A DNA stretch of 64,000 nt from positions 1-64,000 of the forward strand of contig NZ_JABEZU010000005.1 of the NCBI RefSeq assembly GCF_013149785.1, given 5' to 3'. Under the pieces are notes generated by a model. The model was not told the origin of the DNA. It worked only from the letters and a program-made list of their open reading frames with translations, and did not search any database. This stretch comes from Isoptericola halotolerans. GTDB taxonomy: Bacteria > Actinomycetota > Actinomycetes > Actinomycetales > Cellulomonadaceae. The position numbers and the translations under genes were made by a program. Below are positions 10,071 through 19,207 of this stretch, in pieces (the stretch's first letter is position 1; each line of letters opens with the position of its first letter).

Positions 10071-10936
10071 GCAACCATGCAGTTCCTAGGTGCTGCCTGG
10101 CACCAAACGCGCCTGGTGGCGCTGATCATCTTCCTAGTCTCCGATCGGCATTCGCTACCGAACGGCCTGCGGACGAGGGAAGTAGTCCGATCGAACTATC
10201 TTTCGCTTCCATAAAGGCGATTCAAGACTTGGTTCATAGATCGTCGAGCGAATGGAGCCCGCATTACGGTTTGATTCTGGGCGCTTCGGCAGTTGCCGCT
10301 GCTGAAGACTATTTCAGATCGGTGCTTGTGGAGATTGCAAAGGCCTGCCCAACGGTGCGATCGCGTAGTCGAGACTTGGATGTGAAGATGTCCCACGTCC
10401 TCGACGGTTCGATCGATACAGCACTGCGGTCATCCTTGGACCAGGTTTCGTTCTCTAGCAATCGAGCAGTCCGTGAGTGGTCGAAGAAGTTATTGGGCAC
10501 GAAGGTTAGTGGTGACTCGACTCTGGCAAGGCTACTCGACGAATTCGAACGTGTTTGCCATGTGAGGCATTGTGCGACACATGCTGGCGGCTATGTCGGC
10601 GAAGGTAATGCTCGTGTTCTCGGCGTCGAGGCGGGCCGGTGGATATCTCTTGATTCAGCGAATGCGGTATATGAGATTCTCAGCGTAGTTGTGGCTACAA
10701 TACGCGCCTATAACCAGTTCGTGCTTGAGAGTGTACTTTCAGGCTGGCTGAACGATGGCATTCTGCTGGGTTCCTGGGGTCAAGACAAGAAGCTGTTTGA
10801 GAAAGTCTGGTCAGTGCTTCGTTGTAGGCAAGACATTGCCGCCGGTCGGGTTGGTTCGAGTGGGTATCCAGCGAATGGCTATCAAGCATATCGGGTTGTG
10901 CAAAGAGCGGCTTGTTCGCGCGCGGGAGGCGCATAG
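10067..10936 (+). CDS. Putative HEPN-domain nuclease
   Basis: AAAEDYFR (E-x3-R) and RHCATH (R-x4-H, 10565-10582) in a mostly helical-looking protein; GTGA overlap with NTPase stop. Confidence 0.65.
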   Translation: MSNHAVPRCCLAPNAPGGADHLPSLRSAFATERPADEGSSPIELSFASIKAIQDLVHRSSSEWSPHYGLILGASAVAAAEDYFRSVLVEIAKACPTVRSRSRDLDVKMSHVLDGSIDTALRSSLDQVSFSSNRAVREWSKKLLGTKVSGDSTLARLLDEFERVCHVRHCATHAGGYVGEGNARVLGVEAGRWISLDSANAVYEILSVVVATIRAYNQFVLESVLSGWLNDGILLGSWGQDKKLFEKVWSVLRCRQDIAAGRVGSSGYPANGYQAYRVVQRAACSRAGGA

Positions 10937-11031
10937 ATGCCGCTGAACAGGCTGGGAGCGCTTGGGCAGTGATGTCGCGTCGCTGGCGTCGTTGCCGGAG
11001 TAGTTCCCTAGACTTGGCCTAGGCTCGGGCC

Positions 11032-12744
11032 ATGAGCGCCGACGCCGGAACCACGCCCGACATCAAGCCCCGTTCCCGCCAGGTCACCGACGGTCTGGAG
11101 GCCACCGCGGCGCGCGGCATGCTCCGCGCCGTCGGGCTGGGCGACGACGACTTCGCCAAGCCGCAGATCGGGGTGGCGAGCTCGTGGAACGAGATCACCC
11201 CGTGCAACCTCTCGCTCGACCGGCTCGCCGGCGCCGTGAAGAACGGTGTGCACGCCGGCGGGGGGTACCCGCTGGAGTTCGGCACGATCTCCGTCTCGGA
11301 CGGCATCTCGATGGGGCACGAGGGGATGCACTTCTCACTGGTCTCGCGTGACGTCATCGCCGACTCGGTCGAGACCGTGATGCAGGCCGAGCGTCTCGAC
11401 GGCTCCGTGCTGCTGGCCGGCTGCGACAAGTCGCTGCCCGGCATGCTCATGGCGGCCGCGCGGCTGGACCTCGCGAGCGTCTTCCTCTACGCGGGCTCGA
11501 TCATGCCGGGCTGGGTCAAGCTGTCGGACGGCACCGAGAAGGACGTCACGATCATCGACGCCTTCGAGGCCGTCGGGGCGTGCGCGCGCGGTCTGATGTC
11601 CCGCGAGGACGTGGACCGCATCGAGCGGGCGATCTGCCCGGGCGAGGGTGCCTGCGGCGGCATGTACACGGCCAACACGATGGCCTCGGCCGCCGAGGCG
11701 CTCGGCATGTCGCTGCCGGGGTCGGCCGCGCCTCCGTCGGCCGACCGTCGCCGGGACACGTTCGCGCACGCCTCCGGCGAGGCGGTCGTCGAGATGCTGC
11801 GCCGCGGCATCACCGCCCGCGACATCCTGACCAAGGAGGCGTTCGAGAACGCCATCGCCGTCGTCATGGCGTTCGGTGGCTCGACCAACGCCGTGCTGCA
11901 CCTGCTCGCCATCGCGCACGAGGCCGAGGTCGACCTCACGCTCGACGACTTCGACCGGGTCGCGAGCCGGGTGCCGCACCTGGGAGACCTCAAGCCGTTC
12001 GGCCGGTACGTGATGAACGACGTCGACCGGATCGGTGGGGTCCCGGTCATCATGAAGGCGCTGCTCGACGCCGGCCTGCTGCACGGCGACTGCCTCACGG
12101 TCACCGGCCGTACCGTCGCCGAGAACCTCGCGGAGATCGACCCGCCCGACCCCGACGGCAAGATCCTGCGGGCGCTCTCCGAGCCGATCCACCCCACCGG
12201 CGGCATCACGATCCTGCACGGGTCGCTGGCCCCGGAGGGCGCCGTCGTCAAGAGCGCCGGGTTCGACTCCGACGTCTTCGAGGGGACGGCGCGGGTGTTC
12301 GAGCGGGAGCGGGCCGCGCTGGACGCGCTGGAGGACGGCACGATCACCGCGGGCGACGTCGTCGTCATCCGCTACGAGGGGCCCAAGGGAGGGCCCGGGA
12401 TGCGCGAGATGCTCGCCATCACCGGCGCGATCAAGGGCGCCGGGCTCGGCAAGGACGTCCTGCTGATCACCGACGGCCGGTTCTCCGGGGGGACCACCGG
12501 GCTGTGCGTGGGGCACATCGCGCCCGAGGCGGTCGACGCCGGCCCGATCGCGTTCGTGCGCGACGGCGACCGCATCCGCCTGGACGTGGCCGCCAAGACG
12601 CTGGACGTGCTCGTCGACGACGAGGTGCTCGCCGCGCGCCGGGCCGAGGGCTGGTCGCCGGTGCCGCACGGCTACACGCGCGGGGTGCTCGCGAAGTACA
12701 CGAAGCTGGTGCAGTCGGCCTCCCGGGGCGCCGTGCTCGGCTGA
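11032..12744 (+). CDS. ilvD: Dihydroxy-acid dehydratase, actinobacterial short form (570 aa)
   Basis: [70 protein letters not shown]. Confidence 0.95.
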   Translation: MSADAGTTPDIKPRSRQVTDGLEATAARGMLRAVGLGDDDFAKPQIGVASSWNEITPCNLSLDRLAGAVKNGVHAGGGYPLEFGTISVSDGISMGHEGMHFSLVSRDVIADSVETVMQAERLDGSVLLAGCDKSLPGMLMAAARLDLASVFLYAGSIMPGWVKLSDGTEKDVTIIDAFEAVGACARGLMSREDVDRIERAICPGEGACGGMYTANTMASAAEALGMSLPGSAAPPSADRRRDTFAHASGEAVVEMLRRGITARDILTKEAFENAIAVVMAFGGSTNAVLHLLAIAHEAEVDLTLDDFDRVASRVPHLGDLKPFGRYVMNDVDRIGGVPVIMKALLDAGLLHGDCLTVTGRTVAENLAEIDPPDPDGKILRALSEPIHPTGGITILHGSLAPEGAVVKSAGFDSDVFEGTARVFERERAALDALEDGTITAGDVVVIRYEGPKGGPGMREMLAITGAIKGAGLGKDVLLITDGRFSGGTTGLCVGHIAPEAVDAGPIAFVRDGDRIRLDVAAKTLDVLVDDEVLAARRAEGWSPVPHGYTRGVLAKYTKLVQSASRGAVLG

Positions 12745-12824
12745 GCTGGAGAGGACGCCGCAGGGACGTTCCGCCTGGTGGCGGCGGTGGCCCGGTCGGT
12801 CGCGAGCATGAGAGCCTGCGGTCC

Positions 12825-13613
12825 GTGACCGCGACCCGCAAGCTCGTGCCCGCTGCCTCCCTCGTCGTCCTGGCGCTCCTGACGGGCGGGTGCGGCACCG
12901 ACGTCGACGGCGGGGGAGCACCGGACGGCGGCTCGAGCCAGACCCCGGTCGCCGGTGCCGAGGCGTCGGCCGAGCCCAGCCCGGAACCGACGGCGGAGCC
13001 GGAGGTCGAGGAGCCCGAGGAGGAGCCCGCGCCGGAACGGCCGACCGCCCCGCCGGAGAAGTCCGTCGCCGCGGGCACGGTCGCGGAGGGCAGCGCCGCC
13101 ACGGCCGAGGGGAAGGGTGACGCCGAGGTGACCTTCGAGCGTGACGGCGAGTTCGCCGTCGTCGTCGAGCTCGACTGCGCGCGCTGCGAGGGGCCCACGG
13201 TGCTGACCGGTCCTGACCGGATGACCCCCTTCGGCGAGGCGGACGGTGCGCTGACCGGCGAGTACCTCATGGACGTCTTCCAGGACAGCGAGCCCGAGCA
13301 GTCCCTGTGGGTCGCCGCCGACGGGCCGTGGAGCCTGCGGCTCTCGTCCTGGAACGACCTGACGCCCGAGCCGGGCCCGTGGTCCGGCAGCGGGTCGACG
13401 GTGATCTTCCTCGGCGGCGACGCCGAGACGGCGGAGGTCTCCTGGACGCCCGCCGGGGCGGGCGACTCCTTCCAGGGCCGCTACTTCGGCACCGAGGAGG
13501 CCGCGGCACGGATGTTCGGGGACAGCGAGGAGTTCACCGACGACATCGAGCTGGCCCAGCCCGGCGTCCTGGCGATCACCACCGACGGCGAGTGGAGCAT
13601 CACCCCCGGCTGA
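12825..13613 (+). CDS. Lipoprotein of unknown function
   Basis: Signal peptide with lipobox-like LTGGC, acidic Pro/Glu linker, two beta-rich repeats ending ADGPWSL / TDGEWSI. Confidence 0.7.
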   Translation: MTATRKLVPAASLVVLALLTGGCGTDVDGGGAPDGGSSQTPVAGAEASAEPSPEPTAEPEVEEPEEEPAPERPTAPPEKSVAAGTVAEGSAATAEGKGDAEVTFERDGEFAVVVELDCARCEGPTVLTGPDRMTPFGEADGALTGEYLMDVFQDSEPEQSLWVAADGPWSLRLSSWNDLTPEPGPWSGSGSTVIFLGGDAETAEVSWTPAGAGDSFQGRYFGTEEAAARMFGDSEEFTDDIELAQPGVLAITTDGEWSITPG

Positions 13614-13623
13614 TTCGCTCGGT

Positions 13624-13657
13624 GCGGAGCGGAGCGGAGCGGAGCGGCGCGGCGCGG
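13624..13657. repeat. Pentanucleotide tandem repeat (GCGGA)4(GCGGC)2GCGG
   Basis: Read directly; intergenic. Confidence 0.85.
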
Positions 13658-13713
13658 TGTCCGGACGGCGTGTGTCGGACGCCGGCCCTAGCGTGGAGCG
13701 CGGAGGTGTCATC

Positions 13714-14388
13714 ATGAGCGACCAGATCACCCCGGCCGCCTTCCGGGCGGCCGAGGGCACGGACGAATGGCGGGTGCTCGCCGACCTGCGGGCGACGGCG
13801 GTCTTCCGCACCGGGAGCTTCACCACGGGTGTCCAGCTCGTCGAGGCGATCGGCGAGCTGGCCGAGGCCGCGAACCACCACCCCGACGTCGACCTGCGCT
13901 ACGGGGCCGTGACGGTGCGGCTGACCTCGCACGACGTCGGCGGGCTGAGCGAGCGGGACGTGGCGCTCGCAGCGCGCATCTCGCAGGCCGCGCGCGAGCT
14001 CGACGTCCCGGCCGACCCGGGGGCCGCGACCGCGCTCACCCTCGGCATCGACGTGCTCGACGGGCCGGCCGTCCAGCCGTTCTGGCGGGCCGTCCTCGGC
14101 TACGAGGTGACCGGCAGGGTCGACCCCGACGACGCCGCCCCCGCCGTCGTGGACCCCTCGGGTGCGCTGCCGACGATCTGGTTCCAGCAGATGGACTCGC
14201 CACGCGAGCAGCGCAACCGGATCCACCTCGACGTCTACGTCGGCCACGACGTCGCCGAGCAGCGCGTCGCCGACGCCGTGGCGGCCGGCGGCAGGCTCGT
14301 CACCGACGAGTTCGCCCCCGCCTGGTGGGTCCTGGCCGACGTCGAGGGGAACGAGGCCTGCGTCTGCACCTGGCCGCCGTCCGACTGA
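13714..14388 (+). CDS. Pterin-4a-carbinolamine dehydratase / VOC (glyoxalase-like) fusion
   Basis: AEAANHHPDV..L.SHDVGGLS.RD..LA followed by RNRIHLDV and WWVLADVEGNEAC; RBS GGAGG. Confidence 0.85.
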   Translation: MSDQITPAAFRAAEGTDEWRVLADLRATAVFRTGSFTTGVQLVEAIGELAEAANHHPDVDLRYGAVTVRLTSHDVGGLSERDVALAARISQAARELDVPADPGAATALTLGIDVLDGPAVQPFWRAVLGYEVTGRVDPDDAAPAVVDPSGALPTIWFQQMDSPREQRNRIHLDVYVGHDVAEQRVADAVAAGGRLVTDEFAPAWWVLADVEGNEACVCTWPPSD

Positions 14389-14437
14389 CCGGTGGACGGC
14401 CGGTCCGCGACGGGCGGACGCGGCTACCCTGTCGCGG

Positions 14438-15532
14438 GTGCCAGTCGCTCCGCCGCCGTCCGCCGCGGCCACGCCCCCCGAGACGTCGACGACGTCGGTG
14501 ATCGCCGCCGTCGGGGTCCACCTGCCGGCTCGGACGCTCGACGTGCGTTCCGTCGAGCTCGAGCTCGCCGCGCGCAACCCCGGCGCCGTCCCCCGGGTGC
14601 CCATGGTGTCGCGGCTGACGGGGGTGCGCCGGGTGCACGTCCTGCCGGACTCCTGGGACGCGTCCGACCTCGCCGTCGCCGCCGCGGAGAAGCTCCTCGC
14701 CGCGGAAGGGCTGGCCGTCGACGACGTCGACCTGCTGCTGTTCGCCTCCGCCACCCAGGACATGATCGAGCCCGCGACGAGCCACATCGTCGCGGCGAAG
14801 CTCGGGATGCGGACGCCCGTCATGGACGTCAAGAACGCGTGCAACTCGGTGCTGAACGGGATCGAGGTCGCCGACGCGCTCATCGGCACCGGTCGGTACG
14901 GCACCGTCCTGGTCGCGTGCGGCGAGGCGCCGTCGCGGGGGGTCCGCCGGGACGTGCCCGACCGGGCGGCCTACCTGCTCTCGGCACCCGGCTACACGAT
15001 GTCGGACGCCGGCGCGGCCGTCCTGGTGCGTCGTGCCACCGCGGACGAGGCGGGCGCGGTGGACGAGCGCGGGCGACCGGCGCCCCGCGGCATCCTCGCG
15101 AGCGCCTTCGGTGCGGACTCCACCCACTGGGACGTCGGGATGCTGCCGGGCGGCGGCACGGCCCACCCGCGCGACCCCGACAAGACGTACTTCGAGATCG
15201 ACGGGTCGCGGCTGCGCGAGGCGTTCCTCGCGCTCGGCCCGGACGTGGTGCTGGAGGCGCTACGACGGGCGGGCGTCACCTGGGACGACGTCGCGCTCGT
15301 CGCGGTCCACCAGGTGGCCGTCGCCTACCTCGAGGACGTGCGCGTCGCGCTCGGCCTGCCGGCCGGCCGCACCCTCGTCACCGTCGCCGAGCACGGCAAC
15401 GTCGCCTCGGCCATCCTGCCGCTGCAGCTGCGCACCGCGCTCGACACCGGACGGGTCGGCCCCGGGGACCTGGTGGTGCTCGTCGGCCTGGCGGGCGGCA
15501 TCAGCATCGGTGCGACGGTGGTCCGGCTGTGA
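14438..15532 (+). CDS. OleA/KAS III-like thiolase-fold condensing enzyme
   Basis: IEPATSH, DVKNACNS (catalytic Cys), VHQVA (His), HGNVAS (Asn); GTG start 7 nt after TACCCT. Confidence 0.85.
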   Translation: MPVAPPPSAAATPPETSTTSVIAAVGVHLPARTLDVRSVELELAARNPGAVPRVPMVSRLTGVRRVHVLPDSWDASDLAVAAAEKLLAAEGLAVDDVDLLLFASATQDMIEPATSHIVAAKLGMRTPVMDVKNACNSVLNGIEVADALIGTGRYGTVLVACGEAPSRGVRRDVPDRAAYLLSAPGYTMSDAGAAVLVRRATADEAGAVDERGRPAPRGILASAFGADSTHWDVGMLPGGGTAHPRDPDKTYFEIDGSRLREAFLALGPDVVLEALRRAGVTWDDVALVAVHQVAVAYLEDVRVALGLPAGRTLVTVAEHGNVASAILPLQLRTALDTGRVGPGDLVVLVGLAGGISIGATVVRL

Positions 15533-16297
15533 GCGGCTCGTCAGGGCCCTCGACGTCCCGTGCTCCCCGGCGGCTGGCCGTGGTGGTCCCGGCGCGCGAC
15601 GAGGCGCACGGGATCGGCGCGACCCTGGCTGCGTTGCGCGACCAGCACGACACCGACTTCGACCTGGTGGTGGTGGACAACGGTTCGTCGGACGGGACCG
15701 GTGCGCTCGTGCGCGCCACGGCCGCGGACTGGGGCATGACCGCAGAAGGGCACCGGCGCCGCCGCCGACACGGGGATCCGGGCGGCGATCGCTGCCGGGG
15801 CGACGCACCTCGCGCGCACCGACGCCGACTGCCTGCCGGCCCCCGACTGGACGGTCCGGGTCCGGGCCGCGTTCGACGCGGGGCACGACCTCGTCGCCGG
15901 CCGCCTGGTGGCCCGCACCGACGACCTGCCGGTGTCCCGTGTCCAGCAGGCCGTGCTGGCGTCCGCCGTCGTCGTGGCCAGCACCTTCGGGAGGTTCCGG
16001 CCCGGCAACCAGGACCCTGCCTACCGCGGGCCCTACGTGATGGCACCGGGCTGCAACATGGCGATCACCGCCGCGCTGTACGAGGCGGCCGGCGGCTTCC
16101 CGCGCACCGCCATCGAGGACGTCCACGAGGACCGTGCCCTGGTCAACGCGGTGCGCCGCCTGACCACGCGCTACGGCGCGCACCGCGAGGTCGTCGTGCG
16201 CGCGTCGGCGCGCCGGGCCCACGCCTGGGGTCTGGTGCGCACCCTGGGCTGGTACGCCGACCACCGCTACCGGCCCGACGTCGTGGACATCCGATGA
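15529..16297 (+). pseudogene. GT2-family glycosyltransferase, frameshifted near 15742
   Basis: Frame 1 encodes VVVPARDE...VVVDNGSSDGT; from 15743 frame 2 encodes QKGTGAAADTG...ARTDADC (DxD), GCNMA, GGFP, EDRAL. Confidence 0.8.
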
Positions 16298-17478
16298 CGG
16301 CGCTGCGGTGGGAGGAGCGCGTCCAGCGCGGCGCGCACCCCGTCGCGTACCCGGCCATCCGCGCGCTGCGCCGGCTCGGCCCGGTCGTCCGGGTCCCCGG
16401 CATCGGCGTGGTGGTGTCCGACGCCGCGACCGCGCGCGAGGTGCTGCTCGACACCGAGCACTTCTCCAAGGTCGGGCCCGGTGCGCCGTCGGACCTGTGG
16501 ACGCCCGTGCTGGGCCCGTCCGTGCTGCTCAACATGGAGGGCGTCGACCACGCCCGCCTGCGCCGCACGCTGGCGAGCCTTTTCACCCAGCGGGCCGTGC
16601 GCGAGCTGGTCGCCGTGAGCGTGCCCGAGGCGCTGTCGAGCCTGCCGGGGCGCCTGCTGGCGGGGGAGCGGGTGGACCTCGCCGAGGAGACCGCCACCAT
16701 CGCCGGCACGGTGATCTGCGCGATGACCGGTCTGCCTCCCACGGACTCCGCCGTCCGCGAGGCGATGGCCGCTGCCGGGTCCGTCGTCGGGCTCGTGCGC
16801 CTGCACCGCCACAGCCTGACCGCCTCCCAGGTGCGGCACGCCCGTGCGGTGCTGGCGCGGCTGTCGGCCCCGGCCCGGGCGGCCTACCGGGACGGCGACC
16901 CCACGACCGTCCCGGGCCGGATGCGCGAGCTGGGGCTGTCCGAGGACGAGGCCCTCGGCGCGGTGGGGGCCTTCGTGCTCACCGGCACCGAGACCATCCA
17001 GTCGTTCGTCCCCCGGCTGGTGGCGATCGCCGCGGACACCGGCTGGCTCGACCGGCTGCTCGACGCCGACCCGACGACCACCGACGGGGTGGCCCTGCGC
17101 GTCCGCGTCGTCGAGGAGGCGCTCCGCCTCACGGCGCCGACGCCGGCGATGCTCCGCTCCGTGCGCGCGGACGCCGCGGTGGGCGGGGTGCCCGTGCGCG
17201 CCGGGGACCGCGTCGTCATCGCGACGATCTCGTGCTGCCGCGACGCCGGCCCGTTCGACCCGACCTCCCCGGCCGACGCCGCGGTGCGGCACCTGTGGTT
17301 CGGCGCCGGTCCCCACTTCTGCCTCGGGATGCCGCTGGCGCTGGCGCAGGTCGACGCCGTGCTGGACGCCCTGCGGTCCGTCGCCGTGGCGGGGCGAGCG
17401 CTGCGGGTCGTCGACCGGTCGGTGGCGCGCGGTGTCCTCATCCCCGCCTACCGCTCGTTGACCGTGGAGGCCGCATGA
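16294..17478 (+). CDS. Cytochrome P450
   Basis: HARLRR, LTGTET (I-helix), EEALR (ExxR), heme-binding WFGAGPHFCLG; ATGA overlap with GT stop. Confidence 0.9.
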   Translation: MTALRWEERVQRGAHPVAYPAIRALRRLGPVVRVPGIGVVVSDAATAREVLLDTEHFSKVGPGAPSDLWTPVLGPSVLLNMEGVDHARLRRTLASLFTQRAVRELVAVSVPEALSSLPGRLLAGERVDLAEETATIAGTVICAMTGLPPTDSAVREAMAAAGSVVGLVRLHRHSLTASQVRHARAVLARLSAPARAAYRDGDPTTVPGRMRELGLSEDEALGAVGAFVLTGTETIQSFVPRLVAIAADTGWLDRLLDADPTTTDGVALRVRVVEEALRLTAPTPAMLRSVRADAAVGGVPVRAGDRVVIATISCCRDAGPFDPTSPADAAVRHLWFGAGPHFCLGMPLALAQVDAVLDALRSVAVAGRALRVVDRSVARGVLIPAYRSLTVEAA

Positions 17479-19187
17479 CCACCGGTGCCCACCTGCTCGA
17501 CCCGATCCTCGCCCGCGGGGCCGCCGGGCACCCGGGGGCGGACGACGTCGCGCTGCGGCGGTGGACCCGGGGCGGACGACGCGGCACCCGGGTGCGCGAG
17601 GAGGTCGGCTACGCCGAGCTCGCACGACGTATCACCGCGACCGCCGCGGCGCTCGCCGCCGACGGGCTCGCCCCGGGCGACCGGACGCTGTTCTCGGTGC
17701 GCCCACGCCCGCAGGGTGTCGTGCTGGCACTGGGGACCGTCCGCGCCGGGGCGACCGTCGTGTTCGTCGACCCGGGGTCCACGCCCGAGCTGTTCGCCTC
17801 CCGCGTCGCGGCGGCGCGGCCGAGCCTGGCGATGACCGAGTCGCTGCTCTACGCCGTCTCCCGCGGCCCGCTGCGGCGGCTCGCCCGGTCCCGTGGCCTG
17901 CTGCTGCCCGACTACGCCACGTTGCCGGTGCGCCACGTCCACGCCGGGCTGCGGCTGCCGGGCGTGCCGTGGCGCTCGCGGGCGGCCGGTGGTCTGGCCC
18001 GCGGGGGCGGTGACACACGTGCGCTGCCGCCGCTCGAGCCGGACCGCGAGGCCCTCGTCGTCTTCACGTCGGGCACGACGGCGCAGCCGCGTGCCGTCGT
18101 GCACAGCGCCGGGTCGCTGCTGGCCGGCTGCGACCTGCTGCGCCAGGTCTTCGACCTCGTGCCCGGTGACGTGGTGCACACCGACCAGATGCTGCTGGGC
18201 ATGCCCGCGCTGCTCGCCGGGGCGACCTGGTCCGTCCCCGCCGACCCGCCGGGCCGCGACGTGGTGACCTTCGGCCGGAGTCTCGCCGGCGTGGCGGGGA
18301 CGTACCTGGTGCCGGCCGACGTCACCGCGCTGCTGGACGCCGTCGAGGACGGACGGGTGCCCGCCCGGGGCCCGCGGGTCGCGCTGGTCGGGGGCGCGCC
18401 GGTGACCCGTGCGCTGCTCGATCGTGCGACGCGGGTGCTGCCCGGCACCCGGTGGGTGGGCGTCTACGGGATGACGGAGATCCTGCCGGTCGCCGTCGTG
18501 GAGGCCGACGACAAGCTCGCGTTCGACGGTGACGGGGACCTGGTGGGTCACCTGCTCCCGGGTGTGGTCGGACGGCTGGTGCCGGTCGACGACGAGGCCG
18601 ACGGCGTCGGTGAGCTCCTCCTCGGCGGGCCGTCGCTGATGGCGGGCTACCTCCACGACCTCGGCACGGACGCGAGCGCAGCCGGGCGCGCAGATGGCGC
18701 TGCCGTGCGCGCGACCGAGCACCGCACCGGCGATCTCGCCCGGTTCACGCCGGACGGCCGCGTGGTGCTCGTGGGGCGCACGCGCGACATGATCATCCGC
18801 GGCACGACGAACATCTACCCCGGCCTCTTCGAGCCGCGGGTGGCGGCGCTGGAGGGTGTCGGCGAGGCCGTGCTGGTGGGCGTGCCGCAGGACGACGGCG
18901 ACGAGGTCGTCGTGCTGGTCGTCACGTCCTCGGGCATCGCCCCGCCGGGCCTCACCTCGTCGGCCAGGCCGCCCACGGACGTCCCGACGCAGGTGGTCCT
19001 GGACGCGGACCACCCCCTCGTCGAGACGGTGCGCGCCGCGCTGCCGGGCGTCGTCGACCACGACGCGTTGCCCGACGTCGTGCTGCACGCCTCGCACGTC
19101 CCCGTGGCGGGACGCAGCCGCAAGCCCGACCGGGCGGCCCTGACCCGCGCGACCGCTCCGTGGACAGGGGCTGCCGGTCGAGGGTGA
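17475..19187 (+). CDS. Class I adenylate-forming enzyme (OleC / acyl-CoA ligase-like)
   Basis: FTSGTTAQPR, YGMTE, HRTGD, GRTRDMIIRG..NIYP, terminal SRKPDR; ATGA overlap with P450 stop. Confidence 0.85.
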   Translation: MTTGAHLLDPILARGAAGHPGADDVALRRWTRGGRRGTRVREEVGYAELARRITATAAALAADGLAPGDRTLFSVRPRPQGVVLALGTVRAGATVVFVDPGSTPELFASRVAAARPSLAMTESLLYAVSRGPLRRLARSRGLLLPDYATLPVRHVHAGLRLPGVPWRSRAAGGLARGGGDTRALPPLEPDREALVVFTSGTTAQPRAVVHSAGSLLAGCDLLRQVFDLVPGDVVHTDQMLLGMPALLAGATWSVPADPPGRDVVTFGRSLAGVAGTYLVPADVTALLDAVEDGRVPARGPRVALVGGAPVTRALLDRATRVLPGTRWVGVYGMTEILPVAVVEADDKLAFDGDGDLVGHLLPGVVGRLVPVDDEADGVGELLLGGPSLMAGYLHDLGTDASAAGRADGAAVRATEHRTGDLARFTPDGRVVLVGRTRDMIIRGTTNIYPGLFEPRVAALEGVGEAVLVGVPQDDGDEVVVLVVTSSGIAPPGLTSSARPPTDVPTQVVLDADHPLVETVRAALPGVVDHDALPDVVLHASHVPVAGRSRKPDRAALTRATAPWTGAAGRG

Positions 19188-19207
19188 TCGTCTGCCAGGG
19201 TGTGCGG

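Larger units (their letters stand above)
8339..11026. mobile_element. Horizontally acquired lower-GC two-gene insert (no mobility gene)
   Basis: Abrupt GC drop (8581-8640 is 30/60 G+C; flanks are visibly richer), many A/T-ending codons, a TTA codon at 10490-10492, and a 13/14 inverted repeat at the borders. Confidence 0.75.

Noticed and set aside
8339..11026. Insert as a prophage or IS element
   Set aside because: No integrase, transposase, phage structural gene, tRNA target or direct repeats visible.
14392..17478. 1028-aa ORF as a natural multidomain protein
   Set aside because: It strings together an off-frame read of the condensing-enzyme gene, the GT N-terminus, frameshift junk and the P450.
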